Shown: piece after piece, positions 59,912 to 64,000 of the stretch | Position numbering within the stretch: position 1 is the stretch's first letter | Layout of the letters: each line of letters starts with the position of its first letter | Assembly (NCBI GenBank): GCA_027492035.1 | Contig: JAOZFT010000004.1 | Span: 448,001 to 512,000, forward strand | Direction of reading: 5' to 3' | From: Thermoproteota archaeon | GTDB lineage: Archaea > Korarchaeota > JAOZGF01 > JAOZFZ01 | Length of the DNA stretch: 64,000 nucleotides | The notes under the pieces: model-generated | The model's input: the letters and a program-made list of their open reading frames with translations, nothing else | Database searches by the model: none | What the model was told of the DNA's origin: nothing | Made by a program: the position numbers and the translations under genes

Positions 59912-61090
59912 ATGGAGGAATATGACGTTGTGGTTGTAGGGGCAGGGCCAGCTGGATGTACAGCAGCTTATTATTCCTCACGTCAAGGATTAAAAACGTT
60001 GTTGGTTGAAAGAAAGAAAAGAGTAGGGTTTCCTGTCCAATGTGGTGAACTTATGCCTACTCTTGAGCTTGTTAAGAAAATATTTAAAAACCTTCCAAAC
60101 CCTGAAGAGCTCTTCATTTATCCAGAAAATGTAGTTGAACAGGAAATAAATGAATTAGCTGTTGGAGACTCTGAAAAAATACATTTTACAATTGAAATGA
60201 GTCTTTGTTCAATTGATAGGGAAAAATTCGATAATTACCTATTTAGGAAAGCTAAGGAATCAGGGGCCTATACAATGACATCAACTTACTTCTCAGACAT
60301 GAAAAATGATGGAACCATCCTTTTAAAAAGAAGAAACGAGGAATTCAAAGTTAAAACGAAACTGGTCATAGGTGCAGATGGTATCTTCTCAACAGTAGCT
60401 AAAAAAAACAATCTTTCAAGAAATGAAAAAGCTTATCCTACTCTTCAGTACACTTTACAAAATACGAAATTAGAGGATGACAGAGTTTACATGTTTTTTG
60501 ATAGGATGAACTCCCCTGACGGATTTGTTTGGTTGATTCCGAAAAAATCAAGAAGAGTAAACGCTGGTTTAGGGTTCCCGAAATATGCAGCAGAACTCAC
60601 CAAACTAAAAACTCAACTTGACAACTTCATTTCAAATCATCCTGCTACGAAGTCAAGCTTAGAAGGTGCAGAGGTTGAAAAAGTCACAGCTGGATGGGTT
60701 CCTGTTGGGGGGCCGCTGAAAAAAACATGGTCTGAAACAAAGGAGGTCAAAGTAGTCTTGATTGGTGACGCAGGGGGTTTTGTAGCTGCCCACAATGGTG
60801 CAGGCGTACCTGGCGCCTTAATAACTGGAAAAATCGCTGGTGAAATTGCTTATTTAAATATAAAAGAGCATAAAAGTATTTCTTTATATGAGAGAAAATG
60901 GAGAAGAGAAGTAGGTAAACCACTCTTCAATTCATTGAAAATTTTGAATATGGTTTTGCCTCTCTACCAAAACAAAGAGAAATTTGAAAAACTTTTATCG
61001 AGGGTAAATAAAAAATTGATCGAGAAAGCTTTTTATACAGAGATTCCTTGGCAGTTTCATTTATTCCCATTACTTAAAATAATACTCTAG
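59912..61090 (+). CDS. Geranylgeranyl reductase family (digeranylgeranylglycerophospholipid reductase-like)
   Basis: VGAGPAG, PVQCGE, DREKFD, GADG, FVWLIPK, IGDAGG...GAG. Confidence 0.87.
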   Translation: MEEYDVVVVGAGPAGCTAAYYSSRQGLKTLLVERKKRVGFPVQCGELMPTLELVKKIFKNLPNPEELFIYPENVVEQEINELAVGDSEKIHFTIEMSLCSIDREKFDNYLFRKAKESGAYTMTSTYFSDMKNDGTILLKRRNEEFKVKTKLVIGADGIFSTVAKKNNLSRNEKAYPTLQYTLQNTKLEDDRVYMFFDRMNSPDGFVWLIPKKSRRVNAGLGFPKYAAELTKLKTQLDNFISNHPATKSSLEGAEVEKVTAGWVPVGGPLKKTWSETKEVKVVLIGDAGGFVAAHNGAGVPGALITGKIAGEIAYLNIKEHKSISLYERKWRREVGKPLFNSLKILNMVLPLYQNKEKFEKLLSRVNKKLIEKAFYTEIPWQFHLFPLLKIIL

Positions 61091-62745
61091 TATGGTGGTA
61101 ATTCCCCTCTTCTTCTTAAGGATAAATTCTCATCTATGCTTTTTGCAGCAATTATTTCTATCAGTTTAGCTTTTCTTCCCTTTTTACGCATTATCCGCCC
61201 AAGTCTTTGCAAATATTGCCTTGTGGAGCCTGTGCCGCTGAGTATAATTCCGACTAAAGCGTCAGGAACATCTATTCCTTCATCTAAAACTTCACCTGAA
61301 CAAATAACATTTATCTCTCCCCTCGAAAACATTTCTAAAATTTTTCTCCTTTCATCTCTCGGGGTTTCATGGGTGATTTCAGGTATAAGGAAGGTTCTAG
61401 ATATTTTCTTCACTAAATCTACATACCTCGAAAAAATAATTACCTTCTCCCCCCTGAATTTCTCAAGAAGCTTCTCTAAAACATCTATTTTTCTTTCAGC
61501 ATTTAAAGCTATTTGATTGGCTTTATTTTTAGCTCTTAAGGCTTCTAAAGCTTGTTTATTATATTTAGCCTTTCTCAAAACTAAATTGAAGGCTTCAATC
61601 GGACTTTTCACTTGTGGAAAATTTTGCCTAACAAAGCTCCAGTAGTGGTTCATCAATTTTCTATATTCCCTTTTCTCCTTTTCAGTTAAGTCTACAAAGA
61701 TTTTCTCTTCTTCAAACTCTTCTATATATCCCTTCCTTTGCAACTCAGTTGTTTCTGCAGCGACAATGAAGGGACCTATTAACTTAGGCATTTCTAAATG
61801 GAGAACATCCTTTCTTACAGGCGTAGCTGTTAATCCTAACCTAAAAGGTGAAATTGTGAATTTTAAAGCTGTACTGTAACTTGGTGAAACAGAATGGTGG
61901 CATTCATCCGCAATTATTAAACCAAATTTATCAGTTATTCTTCGGACATATTTAGAAGCAGATTTGTAGGTTGCAACAGTTATTTCATTTACATTTCTTT
62001 CTCCTCCACCCAAAATACCTATTTCACATTCCTCTACTGCCAAATATTTCACTATCCTTTCTTTCCATTGATGAAGCAAGTCGATTGTGGGAACTAAGAC
62101 AATTGTCTTCATTTTCAAATCATAAATTGCTTTTAAGGCTATGAATGTTTTGCCACTGGCCACTGGACTTACAATTACCCCCCTACAGCCCTCCCCTTTC
62201 CACTGATTGTAAGCTTTTATTTGGTAGTCTCTAAGCTTAAATTTAGGTTCATTACTTAATGGAAAGGAGAGTTTAAAGTTTAATTTAGAGTTTGTTTTGG
62301 TTTTAAAACCTAATTTCTCCAGTTTACTTTTTAGCTGAGGAAATAAGTAAGGATAGGTCCGGAAGGTGTTTGAAGCTATTTCATAAACTAGAGGATTTAT
62401 CCCTGAATTTCTTAGTTTAGTTACTGCGTTGCGGAATTCAGGTGAAGAAATAATTAAATCAGAACCCTGTAGTTTTATATAGATAACGTGTTTACCTCTT
62501 TCTCTCTCCTCAATGTACCTCTTTAATTCCTTACTAAGATAGAAACCATTTTCTTGAAGAATTTCTTCCAATAATTCTGTTTTACCTACGCATTTTTCCA
62601 GGTTCAACTTGAAAATATAACCTTCTCCATCGAAACCAACTGAATCAGAAAAACTTAACAATTTCGTGAGTTTGTTGCTTGTTAACTCCCTAACTTTAAA
62701 ATATTTATTTTTTAAAGTTAATACTTTACTGTCACTTTTACTCAT
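61087..62745 (-). CDS. xpb: XPB/Rad25-family SF2 helicase
   Basis: LRDYQ, PVASGKT, VPTIDL..QW, DECHH, LGLTATP.R.D, DEGIDVP, QRLGRI.R. Confidence 0.88.
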   Translation of the reverse strand: MSKSDSKVLTLKNKYFKVRELTSNKLTKLLSFSDSVGFDGEGYIFKLNLEKCVGKTELLEEILQENGFYLSKELKRYIEERERGKHVIYIKLQGSDLIISSPEFRNAVTKLRNSGINPLVYEIASNTFRTYPYLFPQLKSKLEKLGFKTKTNSKLNFKLSFPLSNEPKFKLRDYQIKAYNQWKGEGCRGVIVSPVASGKTFIALKAIYDLKMKTIVLVPTIDLLHQWKERIVKYLAVEECEIGILGGGERNVNEITVATYKSASKYVRRITDKFGLIIADECHHSVSPSYSTALKFTISPFRLGLTATPVRKDVLHLEMPKLIGPFIVAAETTELQRKGYIEEFEEEKIFVDLTEKEKREYRKLMNHYWSFVRQNFPQVKSPIEAFNLVLRKAKYNKQALEALRAKNKANQIALNAERKIDVLEKLLEKFRGEKVIIFSRYVDLVKKISRTFLIPEITHETPRDERRKILEMFSRGEINVICSGEVLDEGIDVPDALVGIILSGTGSTRQYLQRLGRIMRKKGRKAKLIEIIAAKSIDENLSLRRRGELPPY

Positions 62746-62780
62746 TTATGTGAAGACCTTTTATTTTCCAGTTTCTAAAA

Positions 62781-63503
62781 CTAGATGAGACCTTTTTCCT
62801 TGTATATCTCTATTAATTTTTCTGCTGTGAAATTTAAGTTTGTTATCTTTACCCCTAAAGGACCTGTTTTCAAAGTAATTACGTGGTTTACTAGTAAAGG
62901 AGTAATAACCTCTGGGATTACAGAGTTTTCTAATGGACCTCCATCAATAGGTCTTAATCCGGGAATTAATCTGACAAGTTCCATAACAACTTTCTTAGCT
63001 TCTTTCTCACCGCAAACAATTATATCGCAGTTTATCTCCCTCCTGTTTAAGTCTTGAACAGCTGCTGCACCTACATTATGGAAAGCTGAAGCTACTCTAA
63101 CATGAGTTGGTGTAACTTTCCTTATTTCGTTTGCTACTGATCCCTCTTTTGAAAGGACAGGCTTTAAACCATACTTTCCCTTCACCATAGGTACAATGGT
63201 TGAAACCAGTATACTCCCTTCCTTAAAGTTTTCTTTCAATCCCTCCACTGTTTTTGTATGATAAGGGTAAGGGACTGTTAAGAATGAAACATCCGCCACC
63301 TTTACTGCTTCATTGTTCACCATGCCTTTCACCCTGTTTTTAGTGTACTTCTTCAAAATCTCATTTGCATCGTTTGCTCTCCTTAAAGCTTTCTCTTGCT
63401 TTCTTGAACCTATTATAACTTCTTCTCCAGCTACAGCAAATCTCAAAACAAGTCCAAAACCTAAGTCGCCAGTGCCTCCCAACACGGCAATTTTTCTTTT
63501 CAA
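62781..63503 (-). CDS. npdG: F420H2:NADP+ oxidoreductase
   Basis: LGGTGDLG.GL..R, IIGSR, TVPY, SAFHNV.A, IDGGPLENS..E..T.LL. Confidence 0.9.
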   Translation of the reverse strand: MKRKIAVLGGTGDLGFGLVLRFAVAGEEVIIGSRKQEKALRRANDANEILKKYTKNRVKGMVNNEAVKVADVSFLTVPYPYHTKTVEGLKENFKEGSILVSTIVPMVKGKYGLKPVLSKEGSVANEIRKVTPTHVRVASAFHNVGAAAVQDLNRREINCDIIVCGEKEAKKVVMELVRLIPGLRPIDGGPLENSVIPEVITPLLVNHVITLKTGPLGVKITNLNFTAEKLIEIYKEKGLI

Positions 63504-63617
63504 TTTTAAGCACCTTTAATCAAATTTAAATTCTTAAAAAGGAAGACATTTCTTAAGAAATGTTTTTAACTTGTCCTTTAACAAACTCTCATTTGATTTT
63601 TTTCCTTTATAAATTGT

Positions 63618-64000
63618 TCATTCACCGAAGGCCCGGTCACCTGCATCACCTAAACCTGGGACAATATACCCTTTACTGTTAAGCTCAGGATCTATTGCTA
63701 AAGTGTAGATTTCCACGAAGGGGAATCTGTCAAGTATCCTCTTTACCCCTGTCTCTGCAGAAACAACACAAGCAACTATTAACCTCTTAGGTTTCTTTAT
63801 TTTTATGATTTTCTCTATTACTGCTTCTAAAGTGGATCCTGTAGCCAGCATGGGGTCAGAAATAATAACTACGGTGTCTTCATGGATGCTTGGAATTTTT
63901 ACGTAGTTTATTTCAATGTCGAACTTCTCTCCACCCCTGTAGCTTTCCTCCATCCTTCTTGCACTAATTATTCCTTGTCTTGAAAGGGGAAAAATCCTTA
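63618..64000 (-). CDS. upp: Uracil phosphoribosyltransferase (5' end outside window)
   Basis: DPMLATGST and GYIVPGLGDAGDR; the frame stays open to the window edge. Confidence 0.95.
   Translation of the reverse strand, partial: RIFPLSRQGIISARRMEESYRGGEKFDIEINYVKIPSIHEDTVVIISDPMLATGSTLEAVIEKIIKIKKPKRLIVACVVSAETGVKRILDRFPFVEIYTLAIDPELNSKGYIVPGLGDAGDRAFGE

Overview
AT-rich, gene-dense archaeal chromosomal segment, mostly housekeeping. It carries translation and RNA-processing genes (rpl37e, Sm, aCPSF1/FttA, RtcB, RNase Z, MetRS, GlyRS, PheRS, ArgRS, GatDE, HflX, AK6), proteostasis genes (proteasome beta, Cdc48, FKBP, rhomboid, MoxR/VWA), DNA repair genes (ATP-dependent ligase, short XPF, XPB), sepF, cofactor and lipid genes (2 MoeA, UbiX, 2 geranylgeranyl reductases, F420 NpdG), nucleoside salvage, IorAB and scattered surface-glycan genes. 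No CRISPR array, rRNA or mobile element was seen. The gene mix suggests a TACK/Asgard-related lineage (inference). Features absent from the ORF track but read from the sequence: a truncated rpl37e, a tRNA-Gly(GCC) with two BHB-type introns (37/38 and 59/60), and a dual-guide box C/D sRNA whose guides appear to match the two strands of SSU rRNA helix 34. Best leads for new biology: (1) a membrane-anchored D-glucuronyl C5-epimerase homologue with a beta-sandwich insert, next to a GT-C glycosyltransferase; (2) an MglB/MglA-like roadblock-GTPase pair with a long acidic tail; (3) a P-loop-dead MinD/ParA-like protein coupled to an ArsR-type regulator; (4) a divergent deaminase/hydrolase pair carrying the S-inosylhomocysteine-type fingerprint. 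All calls come from motif recognition by eye; no searches were run.
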